Assembly (NCBI GenBank): GCA_964016885.1
Contig: OZ024744.1
Location: 30,256,001 to 30,320,000 of the forward strand
Source: Eledone cirrhosa
Taxonomy: Eukaryota
DNA: 64,000 nucleotides
Direction of reading: 5' to 3'
Of the stretch, positions 37,301 to 47,199 are shown piece by piece. Position 1 is the stretch's first letter. Every line of letters starts with the position of its first letter. Made by a program: the position numbers and the translations under genes. Under the pieces are notes generated by a model, which searched no databases, was not told the DNA's origin, and was given only the letters and a program-made list of their open reading frames with translations.

Positions 37301-39837
37301 GAGACAGTAGTAGCTGTAGTAGAGACAGTAGTAGCTGTAGTAGAGACAGTGACAGTAGTAGCTGTAGTAGAGACAGTGACAGTAGTAGCTGTAGTAGAGA
37401 CAGTAGTAGCTGTAGTAGAGACAGTGACAGTAGTAGCTGTAGTAGAGACAGTAGTAGCTGTAGTAGAGACAGTAGTAGCTGTAGTAGAGACAGAGACAGT
37501 AGTAGCTGTAGTAGAGACAGTAGTAGCTGTAGTAGAGACAGTAGTAGCTGTAGTAGAGACAGTGACAGTAGTAGCTGTAGTAGAGACAGTGACAGTAGTA
37601 GCTGTAGTAGAGACAGTGACAGTAGTAGCTGTAGCAGAGACAGTGACAGTAGTAGCTGTAGTAGAGACAGTAGTAGCTGTAGTAGAGACAGTGACAGTAG
37701 TAGCTGTAGTAGAGACAGTGACAGTAGTAGCTGTAGTAGAGACAGTAGTAGCTGTAGTAGAGACAGTGACAGTAGTAGCTGTAGTAGAGACAGTGACAGT
37801 AGTAGCTGTAGTAGAGACAGTAGAAGCTGTAGTAGAGACAGTGACAGTAGTAGCTGTAGTAGAGACAGTGACAGTAGTAGCTGTAGTAGAGACAGTAGTA
37901 GCTGTAGTAGAGACAGAGACAGTAGTAGCTGTAGTAGAGACAGTAGTAGCTGTAGTAGAGACAGTGACAGTAGTAGCTGTAGTAGAGACAGTGACAGTAG
38001 TAGCTGTAGTAGAGACAGTAGTAGCTGTAGTAGAGACAGTGACAGTAGTAGCTGTAGTAGAGACAGTAGTAGCTGTAGTAGAGACAGTAGTAGCTGTAGT
38101 AGAGACAGTAGTAGCTGTAGTAGAGACAGTAGTAGCTGTAGTAGAGACAGAGACAGTAGTAGCTGTAGTAGAGACAGTAGTAGCTGTAGTAGAGACAGTA
38201 GTAGCTGTAGTAGAGACAGAGACAGTAGTAGCTGTAGTAGAGACAGTAGTAGCTGTAGTAGAGACAGTGACAGTAGTAGCTGTAGTAGAGACAGTAGTAG
38301 CTGTAGTAGAGACAGTAGTAGCTGTAGTAGAGACAGAGACAGTAGTAGCTGTAGTAGAGACAGTAGTAGCTGTAGTAGAGACAGTAGTAGCTGTAGTAGA
38401 GACAGTGACAGTAGTAGCTGTAGTAGAGACAGTGACAGTAGTAGCTGTAGTAGAGACAGTAGTAGCTGTAGTAGAGACAGTAGTAGCTGTAGTAGAGACA
38501 GTAGTAGCTGTAGTAGAGACAGAGACAGTAGTAGCTGTAGTAGAGACAGTAGTAGCTGTAGTAGAGACAGTAGTAGCTGTAGTAGAGACAGAGACAGTAG
38601 TAGCTGTAGTAGAGACAGTAGTAGCTGTAGTAGAGACAGTGACAGTAGTAGCTGTAGTAGAGACAGTGACAGTAGTAGCTGTAGTAGAGACAGTAGTAGC
38701 TGTAGTAGAGACAGTGACAGTAGTAGCTGTAGTAGAGACAGTAGTAGCTGTAGTAGAGACAGTAGTAGCTGTAGTAGAGACAGTGACAGTAGTAGCTGTA
38801 GTAGAGACAGTGACAGTAGTAGCTGTAGTAGAGACAGTAGTAGCTGTAGTAGAGACAGTGACAGTAGTAGCTGTAGTAGAGACAGTAGTAGCTGTAGTAG
38901 AGACAGTAGTAGCTGTAGTAGAGACAGAGACAGTAGTAGCTGTAGTAGAGACAGTAGTAGCTGTAGTAGAGACAGTGACAGTAGTAGCTGTAGTAGAGAC
39001 AGTGACAGTAGTAGCTGTAGTAGAGACAGTAGTAGCTGTAGTAGAGACAGTGACAGTAGTAGCTGTAGTAGAGACAGTGGCAGTAGTAGCTGTAGTAGAG
39101 ACAGTGACAGTAGTAGCTGTAGTAGAGACAGTGACAGTAGTAGCTGTAGTAGAGACAGTAGTAGCTGTAGTAGAGACAGTAGTAGCTGTAGTAGAGACAG
39201 TAGTAGCTGTAGTAGAGACAGTGACAGTAGTAGCTGTAGTAGAGACAGTGACAGTAGTAGCTGTAGTAGAGACAGTAGTAGCTGTAGTAGAGACAGTGAC
39301 AGTAGTAGCTGTAGTAGAGACAGTGACAGTAGTAGCTGTAGTAGAGACAGTAGTAGCTGTAGTAGAGACAGTAGTAGCTGTAGTAGAGACAGTGACAGTA
39401 GTAGCTGTAGTAGAGACAGTAGTAGCTGTAGTAGAGACAGTAGTAGCTGTAGTAGAGACAGTAGTAGCTGTAGTAGAGACAGTAGTAGCTGTAGTAGAGA
39501 CGGTGACAGTAGTAGCTGTAGTAGAGACAGTGACAGTAGTAGCTGTAGTAGAGACAGTGACAGTAGTAGCTGTAGTAGAGACAGTGACAGTAGTAGCTGT
39601 AGTAGAGACAGAGACAGTAGTAGCTGTAGTAGAGACAGTAGTAGCTGTAGTAGAGACAGTAGTAGCTGTAGTAGAGACAGTGACGGTAGTAGCTGTAGTA
39701 GAGACAGTGACAGTAGTAGCTGTACTAGAGACAGTGGCAGTAGTAGCTGTAGTAGAGACAGTGACAGTAGTAGCTGTAGTAGAGACAGTAGTAGCTGTAG
39801 TAGAGACAGTAGTAGCTGTATTAGAGACAGTAGTAGC
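4382..39837. repeat. ~35.5 kb satellite of two interspersed monomers: 21-bp GTAGTAGCTGTAGTAGAGACA and 27-bp (same +GTGACA)
   Basis: Continuous and highly homogeneous array, with variants GTGGCA, GAGACA and GTAGCA. It appears to derive from (GTA)n. Confidence 0.98.
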
Positions 39838-39878
39838 ATACATACATACATACATACATACATACATACATACATACA

Positions 39879-39936
<58 letters not shown>

Positions 39937-40000
39937 CATACATACATACATACATTCATGATGGCTGCCCCCTCGTTATCGAGTATGGCCATTGCACAAG
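39838..40000 (-). mobile_element. Short retroelement 3'-tail remnant (motif A) with (TATG)n tail; second copy at 46916-46958
   Basis: catgatggctgccccctcgttatcgagtatggccattgcac is identical at 39957 and 46916. It contains a ctcg-ttat-cgag hairpin and adjoins (CATA)n. Confidence 0.6.
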
Positions 40001-40023
40001 AAAAAAAAAAAAAAAAAAAAAAA

Positions 40024-40082
<59 letters not shown>

Positions 40083-40342
40083 TTTCTTTATTAACCACAA
40101 GGGTTTACATAAAGTAGACATTAAGGACAGTGCAGGACAATGCAGGACGGTACAAATGGGCATTTCTGCGTGTAAAAAAACAAAAACAGAGGATGTAACA
40201 AAAATAACAATGAAAATAACAATGAACAATTCCCCAATAGGGGGGAGACTTCGGAGGGACATTTGTGGAGAAAGCCCAGTAAAAAGCCACAATGACCCTG
40301 ACCACCAAGGCAAGTGCCCTCTCCCAGTTTTCCACCTTTAGT

Positions 40343-43300
40343 TTACAGATATATACTCAGAGTCGGCCCATTCACTCGGGCCATTCTTGCTTCTCTCACC
40401 CATCTTTCAACAAAATGCTGGGAAGAGAGCACTTCCTTCTCTACTCTGATTTTCCTTTTCAAATGAAATTTGAAAAAGTCAATCAGAGCATCACCGAAGA
40501 GGTAAGTGCTCGTCTTCAGCCCTTTCAAACGTGTCCACCATACTATCTCTTTCGCCATGGCCACCAGACAGATAAAAACTTCCTGCCCTTCCCGGCTAAA
40601 GGAGGAGGGCGGGGCAATCCTCACGATAGACTCAGATGATAGCTGGATCCGTCCTAAACGCGACAGCAGGTGTTCGACATAAACCCACAAGTCAGCAATT
40701 TTCGGACACTGGACGAGTGCGTGCAGGACGGTTTCGTCGCCCTGCGCGCATCTCGGACATGCCCGGCTGACGGCACCTCCATGCCTGTAGAGTTTATCCC
40801 GAACTGGCAAGGCTCCTCGGTAGCACTGCCAGGCCAGAGATTTCTGGAAGTTGTCCATAGGCCCTGGCCCGAAAGTTCTTCCGAAGAGATTGGCTAGTTG
40901 ATTTTCGTCGACGCCTAGAGTTTCCCCAAGTACGTCGTCGCTCTTCCCCTCCACTAATCCTCTATAGAACGCCGAGGTGGAGTTTCCACCGATCACATTG
41001 CCCGATTGGTCGAGGGCTGTGAGCGCCTGAAGACATTCCAGTCTCCAGGCGCTCCCTCTCGGTCTTCGCTTGATCCAGGACTGCAGCTCCGTCAAGGAAA
41101 CGAGCTGGGGAAAAACGCGTCTAGCAAACGGCGACCACACCTGATCACCGTCGAGGAAGAGGTGGAGATGTCGTAGCCTGAGCGCGTGCCTGCGCATCAT
41201 CAGCCACGGCATGCCCAGCCCTCCACGTAGCGGGTGTTGACAACAGATGGACCGCCTGACCATCGGAGCACGTCCCTTCCACAAAAAGCGAAAGAGCAAA
41301 CGCTCCAGCGCAGTCAGGCGAGGCTTAGGACAAGGTACGACGGTTAGGCGGTAGCAGATGACAGACGCGATGTACGCGTTAGCCACCTCCGCTCGACCTT
41401 TCAGTGATAGCTTCCTCTCCGCCCATTTCTGGGTGAGAGAAGCCACCCTGCTCGTCACCTCGTCCCAGTTTTTGTCCGTCTGGAGGTCCGGACCGAACCA
41501 GACCCCTAGCAATTTAACCGGTCCGTCCGTCCAGCGCCCGACGACGCTGTTGGACGGCATGGACCTGCCTCTCCAGGTGCCGAGCTGCAGGCCCACTGAC
41601 TTTTCCTGGTTGATCATTGCTCCTGTCACCGCTTCGTATTCTCTTAGTGTAGTGCCGATCGCCTCGATGTGTTTGGCGTTCGACACCACTACGGTGACAT
41701 CGTCCGCATATGCTGACACGGATCTTCCGCATCCTAGTTCGCGCGGGACTCCCCTCAACGTCTCCAGTTTGTGCAGTAATGGCTCGAGCGTCAATACGTA
41801 CAAGAGGGACGAGAGGGGACATCCTTGGCGGACCGAGCGCATGATGTTGAACGGTTCCGACAGGTGACCGTTCACTCTCACCACAGAGCAGATGTCGCTG
41901 TGCATGGCAGCGATCCAGCCTCTGAAGACGGGCCCAAAGCCAGCCGCCCTCAGGACTGCCGCTAGGTAACGATGGTCGACCCTATCGAAAGCTTTCGACT
42001 GATCTAAATTGATCAAGGACCCACCCGTGCCAGGTTCCCTAGCTACCCTCTCTACGATGTATCGCATGAGGTGGAGGTTGTCGTGGATGGATCTGTCGGG
42101 AATGGCGCATGTCTGCGCCTCTCCCACCAGACCACTAACGACAAGCGCCAACCTCTTTGCTAGCACCTTGGCCAAAATCTTAAACTCTGTGTTTAGCAGA
42201 GTTATGGGCCGGAAATTGTCTATGTTATCCCCCTTGTTCGGATCCTTTCTCAGCAGTGCCACCGCTCCTCGGCTCACAGAACTGGGAATTCTCCCGTTCT
42301 GTTGCCAGTTGCAGTAGACGTCCGCCAAGAGGCCTCCGAACAAGTCTGGCATCTGTACGTAAAGTTCATAGGGCAGACCATCCAAACCAGGCGATTTACC
42401 CCTTGTGCAGCCAGTCATTGCCTCCCGTACTTCAGCGGCTGTTATCGGCTTTTCGCAACACTTCGCCTCAGTGGCCGAGAGCCGCGGCAGTCCGTCGAGG
42501 TAGACACTAAAGTCCATCCCTCTACCCGGCCCCCCGCTGCCCCCGAACAGCTGAGCGAAGTGTCGCTGGAAAGCTTCACACATTTGCCCGGGATCGAGTA
42601 GCATGCGCCCGTCGTGGTCCACCAAAGACCGGATCGTGGCTTTGTTGCCACGACGCGCCTCCGCCACTCGGGCCCATTGAACGGCTTTCGTCCCCTCGTG
42701 TCTGAGAGCACGCACCCTAGCTCTGACAACGCAGCCTTCGTGCTTTGCATTGAAGAATTGGTCAAGGGCCAATTTCGCCGCAAGCACGTCGGTCGCAATG
42801 CCTTTGCTAAGCGCCTCGTCTAATTTTCTAACTAGTTCTCCCTCTGCTCTATTTTTCTCTATTGCTAAAGCCTTACTAAATCTAATCGATTCTATTCTAA
42901 TCGCTCTTTTCAGAGCAAACCACCACTTGTTGTTGACGATGGCCCCCGTCAACGCCCGCTTAACTAGTTCGCTAATTCGGTTTCTGTAGGCCTTGCGCGC
43001 TGGTAAGGACGCGTTTAGCTTCCAGTAGCCGGGTCCTCGTCTATGAAGCCTATCTAAGTCAAGCACACAGATCACGAATTTGTGGTCCGTGTAGCTGACT
43101 ATCTTGAATTGTGGACAGCCTATGCTAGACCTATCTATTTCCCTACAAAATACTCTATCTAGATATGATCTGGATGACCCTATGCGGTTTGTCCAAGTCC
43201 ACATTGGCACATTCGGGAAATCCAATCGGTACCTGTCAGACAGTTCAAAACGCCTGAGCAGGTTGGTGAGGCTCTTGCACCCTCCACCCCTATCCGCTAA

Positions 43301-43762
43301 TCCCACACAGTCCCAGCGTGCATCTAAGATCCCGTTCCAGTCGCCCACTAACACTAAAGAGCGCGACGTTCCAAGAAAGGTCTCCAGACGCCGGAAGAAA
43401 TCAGGCCGCCCTGCTCCTGTCGGGGCATAGACGGCCACTAGCCTGAAAGCTTGCCCGTCTCCGCTGGTCACGTCCAGCACCACCAGCTTACCCTCTGGGT
43501 CCAGGAAGATGGCCCGTATGGCGAGATCCAAACCTCTCCGAAAAAGCACAGCAACTCCTCCACCGGATCCAGGACGGCTGGGAGATGCGTACACATCGAA
43601 GCCGCCGAAGATCGGTGCGAAGGCCCGTGCTTCGGAGATTCTGGTCTCGCTGATGGCCACTACATCTATGTTTAGTGACCTGAGGTCGTTGAGCAGGTGA
43701 CCCTGCTTCCATGACGACCCCAAGCCACGCGCATTTATGCTGCCTATTCTGAGTGAGGTCAT
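40343..43762 (-). CDS. Tx1-type ORF2p: AP endonuclease + reverse transcriptase + C-terminal Cys/His finger, 1139 aa
   Basis: SINARGL, ISET, GDWN, LDR, TDH (APE); SPGLDG, FRPITLLN, DQSKAFDRV, VRQGCPLS, YADD (RT); CPRC...ETVLHALVQC. Uninterrupted. Confidence 0.95.
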   Translation of the reverse strand: MTSLRIGSINARGLGSSWKQGHLLNDLRSLNIDVVAISETRISEARAFAPIFGGFDVYASPSRPGSGGGVAVLFRRGLDLAIRAIFLDPEGKLVVLDVTSGDGQAFRLVAVYAPTGAGRPDFFRRLETFLGTSRSLVLVGDWNGILDARWDCVGLADRGGGCKSLTNLLRRFELSDRYRLDFPNVPMWTWTNRIGSSRSYLDRVFCREIDRSSIGCPQFKIVSYTDHKFVICVLDLDRLHRRGPGYWKLNASLPARKAYRNRISELVKRALTGAIVNNKWWFALKRAIRIESIRFSKALAIEKNRAEGELVRKLDEALSKGIATDVLAAKLALDQFFNAKHEGCVVRARVRALRHEGTKAVQWARVAEARRGNKATIRSLVDHDGRMLLDPGQMCEAFQRHFAQLFGGSGGPGRGMDFSVYLDGLPRLSATEAKCCEKPITAAEVREAMTGCTRGKSPGLDGLPYELYVQMPDLFGGLLADVYCNWQQNGRIPSSVSRGAVALLRKDPNKGDNIDNFRPITLLNTEFKILAKVLAKRLALVVSGLVGEAQTCAIPDRSIHDNLHLMRYIVERVAREPGTGGSLINLDQSKAFDRVDHRYLAAVLRAAGFGPVFRGWIAAMHSDICSVVRVNGHLSEPFNIMRSVRQGCPLSSLLYVLTLEPLLHKLETLRGVPRELGCGRSVSAYADDVTVVVSNAKHIEAIGTTLREYEAVTGAMINQEKSVGLQLGTWRGRSMPSNSVVGRWTDGPVKLLGVWFGPDLQTDKNWDEVTSRVASLTQKWAERKLSLKGRAEVANAYIASVICYRLTVVPCPKPRLTALERLLFRFLWKGRAPMVRRSICCQHPLRGGLGMPWLMMRRHALRLRHLHLFLDGDQVWSPFARRVFPQLVSLTELQSWIKRRPRGSAWRLECLQALTALDQSGNVIGGNSTSAFYRGLVEGKSDDVLGETLGVDENQLANLFGRTFGPGPMDNFQKSLAWQCYRGALPVRDKLYRHGGAVSRACPRCAQGDETVLHALVQCPKIADLWVYVEHLLSRLGRIQLSSESIVRIAPPSSFSREGQEVFICLVAMAKEIVWWTRLKGLKTSTYLFGDALIDFFKFHLKRKIRVEKEVLSSQHFVERWVREARMARVNGPTLSIYL

Positions 43763-43797
43763 GTTTAAAATAGAGTGGAAAAGATGGGAAAGACCAC

Positions 43798-45894
43798 TTA
43801 CCGTACTTTTGGTAGAGGAGGGATGGTTTTTACATCCCTTTTCACTTGATCGTCTGGTGAAGGGACCGTTGAATCGTCCCTTCGGCTGGTCGTCGGCTCT
43901 TCTAAGAGAATGTCTGAGTATACTCTTCGATTGATGGTTCCTCCTAGGTCCCTGAAATCACCAACTGCGTTGGGGAATTTCGTTTTAATATTTGTGTATT
44001 GTTTCTGTGCTATTTTTAGCAGTCTTATGTTAGTTGGCGTTTTGATTGGTGCTGGTATTATGTAGTCCTGTTGTGAAATGTCTGTGTGTTCAATTATGTA
44101 AGTCATTAGTTTCTTGTTGTGTGTATTTATTGCCGTGCATTTGTTTTTCTGGGGGTGGGGTGTGGTTCTGCTATTTTCTTGTCGTTGTTGCTGGGTGTGT
44201 GTGTTTTGTTGTTGTGTTTGCGATGTTGGTGCTTGTGGTGGTGGTGTTGAAGGTGTTGTTGCCGGTGGGGTTGTCGCCGGTGGTGATGGTGGCGCTAGTG
44301 TGGGTGGTGATGGTGTTGGTGTTGTTGCTGCTGTGGGTCTCTTTGCAGTAGACTTTACCCTTTTCTCATTTCTTTCCTCACTTTTCAAAGGCGACGATGC
44401 GCTGCTTCTGCGTTTGTGCCTTCTTACGACCTTTTGCCATCTCTCTCCCACCTCACACTCCATGTCTGATTCTGTGAGGTCGGGGAGGGGTACCAACTCC
44501 ACTCTTTCACTTGTTGTTGTTGGTGATGTTTGCACTGGAGTCTCTGTTGCAGCTGCATTTGGTATTGCTGTTGTTGTTGTTAGTATTTCCACTGCTGCTG
44601 CTGTTTTTGATTTCCGTGGAGTGGGTATGGGTGCCACGGGCCTATCGTTCCTGGTTGCCGCTTGTCCTGTTGCTGGTAGCCGTGGAGCCGGATTCGGAAG
44701 GAGGGGGGTTTTCTCCTTTCTCAGGGTCTTCTCGTTGCAGAAGGCCCTGAGGTGAGTCTTCGATCCACAGCGAAAGCATTTCGGGCGTTTGCCCTCAACA
44801 CTTATGGGAAGTTGAGTGCCGTTATCGAAGTCTATCACATCCGGGATAGCTTCGATGCACTCCTGGTTGGTTTGGATTAGCATCTCAATGGAGGAGCCGA
44901 CCCAATCTTCTCTTACTTTTTTCTGTACTTGCAGTACAGTTGTTTTGTCCTCGATTCCGACGAGGACAGACGCGGCCAGCCAAGAAGGGGTCATTCCGGG
45001 GGGGACGTGGGTCAGTTTGACCCTCACAATTTTTTGCCCACAGTAGGAGGGCACCAACACCATTTCCTCGCTCCTTAGGGTCACTACTGATTGGGCCTTT
45101 GCCTCCTGGGGTGTGGCAAAAAGTACGTCTACGGTGGCATATTTTTTGCCTCGGGTGATGTGCGTTTTCCGCTGCCACACAGACCCCAAGGCTTTTTGTA
45201 TTTGGGCCTCTGTGGCTCTTTCCACCCTACGGGATTTTGTACTTACTGTACGGTACGTGACCGTACAGTGCTCTTGGGTTTCGAAAAAATTTTTCGCTGC
45301 CTTGCAGATTGCTCGGTGTCCGTTCTTTGTCACCATCTTCTTCGCTTCCTCTAATTCCTCATTTGTTATGAGGATTGTTTCCAAATTTTTCGCAATACCT
45401 GCAAATGAGATTGGTTTTTCTCTGCTGTTGTTGTTGTCGTCAGAGCTGCTGGTACTTTTGTTGTTGCTGCAGGTACTACGACTACTGCCTCCGCTGCTGT
45501 TGCTGTGGTTGTTGTTGGTGTTGCTGCTGCTAATGCTGTTGTTGTTTATGCTGCTGGTGATGCTGTTGCGGCTGCTACTGTTGTTTTCATTGTCACTGTT
45601 GCTGTTGTTATTACGGCTGCTACTGCTATTATTCCTGACGTCAGACGAATGAACTGGGTTTTCGTATTTCCCGCACACCTGTTTCGTCGCTGTCGTCGTC
45701 GTCGTGGAGAAACCTTGCACGCTTTGCACGAGACTTTTCTTTTCTTTCGTCACTTGCGAAAGAGAAGGGAGGGAGAGAGACACATTTAAAGAAGGGAGGG
45801 AGAGAGACAATCTTCTCTCTGCTGTAGTGATGATTGAGGAAGAAGAAGACGGAATGAGTGGGAGTGACGTATGAAATTTCTTTTTGGTAGCCAT
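43798..45894 (-). CDS. LINE ORF1p with zinc knuckle, 698 aa
   Basis: CFRCGSKTHLRAFC (CX2CX4HX4C); S/N- and P/T-rich low-complexity flanks; lies immediately upstream of ORF2. Confidence 0.85.
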   Translation of the reverse strand: MATKKKFHTSLPLIPSSSSSIITTAERRLSLSLPSLNVSLSLPSLSQVTKEKKSLVQSVQGFSTTTTTATKQVCGKYENPVHSSDVRNNSSSSRNNNSNSDNENNSSSRNSITSSINNNSISSSNTNNNHSNSSGGSSRSTCSNNKSTSSSDDNNNSREKPISFAGIAKNLETILITNEELEEAKKMVTKNGHRAICKAAKNFFETQEHCTVTYRTVSTKSRRVERATEAQIQKALGSVWQRKTHITRGKKYATVDVLFATPQEAKAQSVVTLRSEEMVLVPSYCGQKIVRVKLTHVPPGMTPSWLAASVLVGIEDKTTVLQVQKKVREDWVGSSIEMLIQTNQECIEAIPDVIDFDNGTQLPISVEGKRPKCFRCGSKTHLRAFCNEKTLRKEKTPLLPNPAPRLPATGQAATRNDRPVAPIPTPRKSKTAAAVEILTTTTAIPNAAATETPVQTSPTTTSERVELVPLPDLTESDMECEVGERWQKVVRRHKRRSSASSPLKSEERNEKRVKSTAKRPTAATTPTPSPPTLAPPSPPATTPPATTPSTPPPQAPTSQTQQQNTHTQQQRQENSRTTPHPQKNKCTAINTHNKKLMTYIIEHTDISQQDYIIPAPIKTPTNIRLLKIAQKQYTNIKTKFPNAVGDFRDLGGTINRRVYSDILLEEPTTSRRDDSTVPSPDDQVKRDVKTIPPLPKVR

Positions 45895-46106
45895 GTTTTT
45901 TGTTTAAAATGAAATTTTGGGTACAAAACCCCAATAACTGGTTATTTAACCCCGAAGGGCCAAATAACGGACAGAAAGACCCCTCTCACGAGGAGGAGGG
46001 TGTCTTTATCAACAATTTGGTTCAAGTTTTAAACAATTTACAATTGTTTTAACGGTTGAAAATTACTATACCTTACAGAGCCGAGCCTCCGTCAACCATG
46101 GCATTC

Positions 46107-46138
<32 letters not shown>

Positions 46139-46174
46139 TAAAAAAAAAAAAAAAAAAGGAAAGGAAATATATAT

Positions 46175-46201
46175 ATACATATACATACATTCATACATAC
46201 A

Positions 46202-46235
<34 letters not shown>

Positions 46236-46846
46236 CATGGTGGCTGCCAACTCGTTTTCGAGTACGGCCACTACTTTATATCCATGTAGGAGAACCCCTA
46301 CTGATGCGCTGAACGAGTGTGAGTTTTTAGTCCAGCCAGCGACTTGAAAACTCTGGTACAAACACTACACTTGTGACAATTATTGACACATAGTGCTGGG
46401 CCCATGGTACCATGTGACGACAAGTGCAGAGACATCTCCAGATATAAAGCAATGCCTGTGCCGTGAAGCTTTTATAGTGATCAAAAGCACTGCACAAAGC
46501 CAGTCCCACTCTCTTAACTAAGATGATATTTACCAAAAAGAAGAACAAGTCAACATCATTGGATACCATCAGGGTTGCAGGTGTTATATCAGAGTTTTCC
46601 TTCTCCTAGAATTCTGCCTTGACAAAGGCTAAGGGGTCATCTCTCCCGGTGATTTTGGATGGCCATTGACTCTTAAGAGCTCCTTTGCCCTTTGACAGGT
46701 TTTGTTTTTAGTCCTGCAGGATGTCCAAAGTCACCCTCCCCACCAAGAAACCTTGGTGGGGTTGCCAGTTTAGTCGCCAACGACCCGACCATGAGACAGG
46801 TTGTACTGGGAGACATGTTACCAGTAGCACCAACTGGTGACCTGAC
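46175..46846 (-). mobile_element. Non-autonomous RTE-related element (element B): RTE-like 5'UTR plus 3' tail with (TATG)n
   Basis: Contains ctaggagaaggaaaactctga, resembling RTE 5'UTRs. Its 3' end is related to motif A. No coding capacity. About 390 bp is repeated at 51099-51489. Confidence 0.6.
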
Positions 46847-47199
46847 ATATATATATACATACATATATTTATATATATATATATATATATACAAATCTGC
46901 ATGCATGCATGCATACATGATGGCTGCCCCCTCGTTATCGAGTATGGCCATTGCACGAAAAGAAAAAAATATATATATATATTAATAAATAAAGAACAAA
47001 AAAAGAAATATATATATATATATATATACACACATACATATACATATATACACACATATATATATATACATACACACATATACATTAATAATAATAAAAA
47101 TAATAATAACAACAATAATAATAACAACAACAATAATAATATACATATACATATATATATACACACACACGCACACACATAAATATATCTACACACACA

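Larger units (their letters stand above)
40081..46106 (-). mobile_element. Full-length non-LTR retrotransposon, Tx1 clade (L1 group)
   Basis: Short 5'UTR, ORF1 with CCHC knuckle, 35-bp spacer, ORF2 (APE-RT-Zn finger), 3'UTR with AATAAA just before the end. (AAT)n on both flanks. Confidence 0.9.

Noticed and set aside
4382-39837. CRISPR-like array or canonical telomere repeat
   Set aside because: No unique spacers, no cas genes, eukaryotic context, and no TTAGGG/TTAGG units.
4058-40313. Giant ORFs (up to 6215 aa) over the satellite as genes
   Set aside because: They follow from 21/27-bp stop-free monomers. Five frames are open, there are no credible starts or splice sites, and the Thr-rich frame codons cannot become stops by a single substitution.
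40670-45934. Short antisense and alternate-frame ORFs within the Tx1 element
   Set aside because: Shadow ORFs of GC-rich coding sequence with no motifs.
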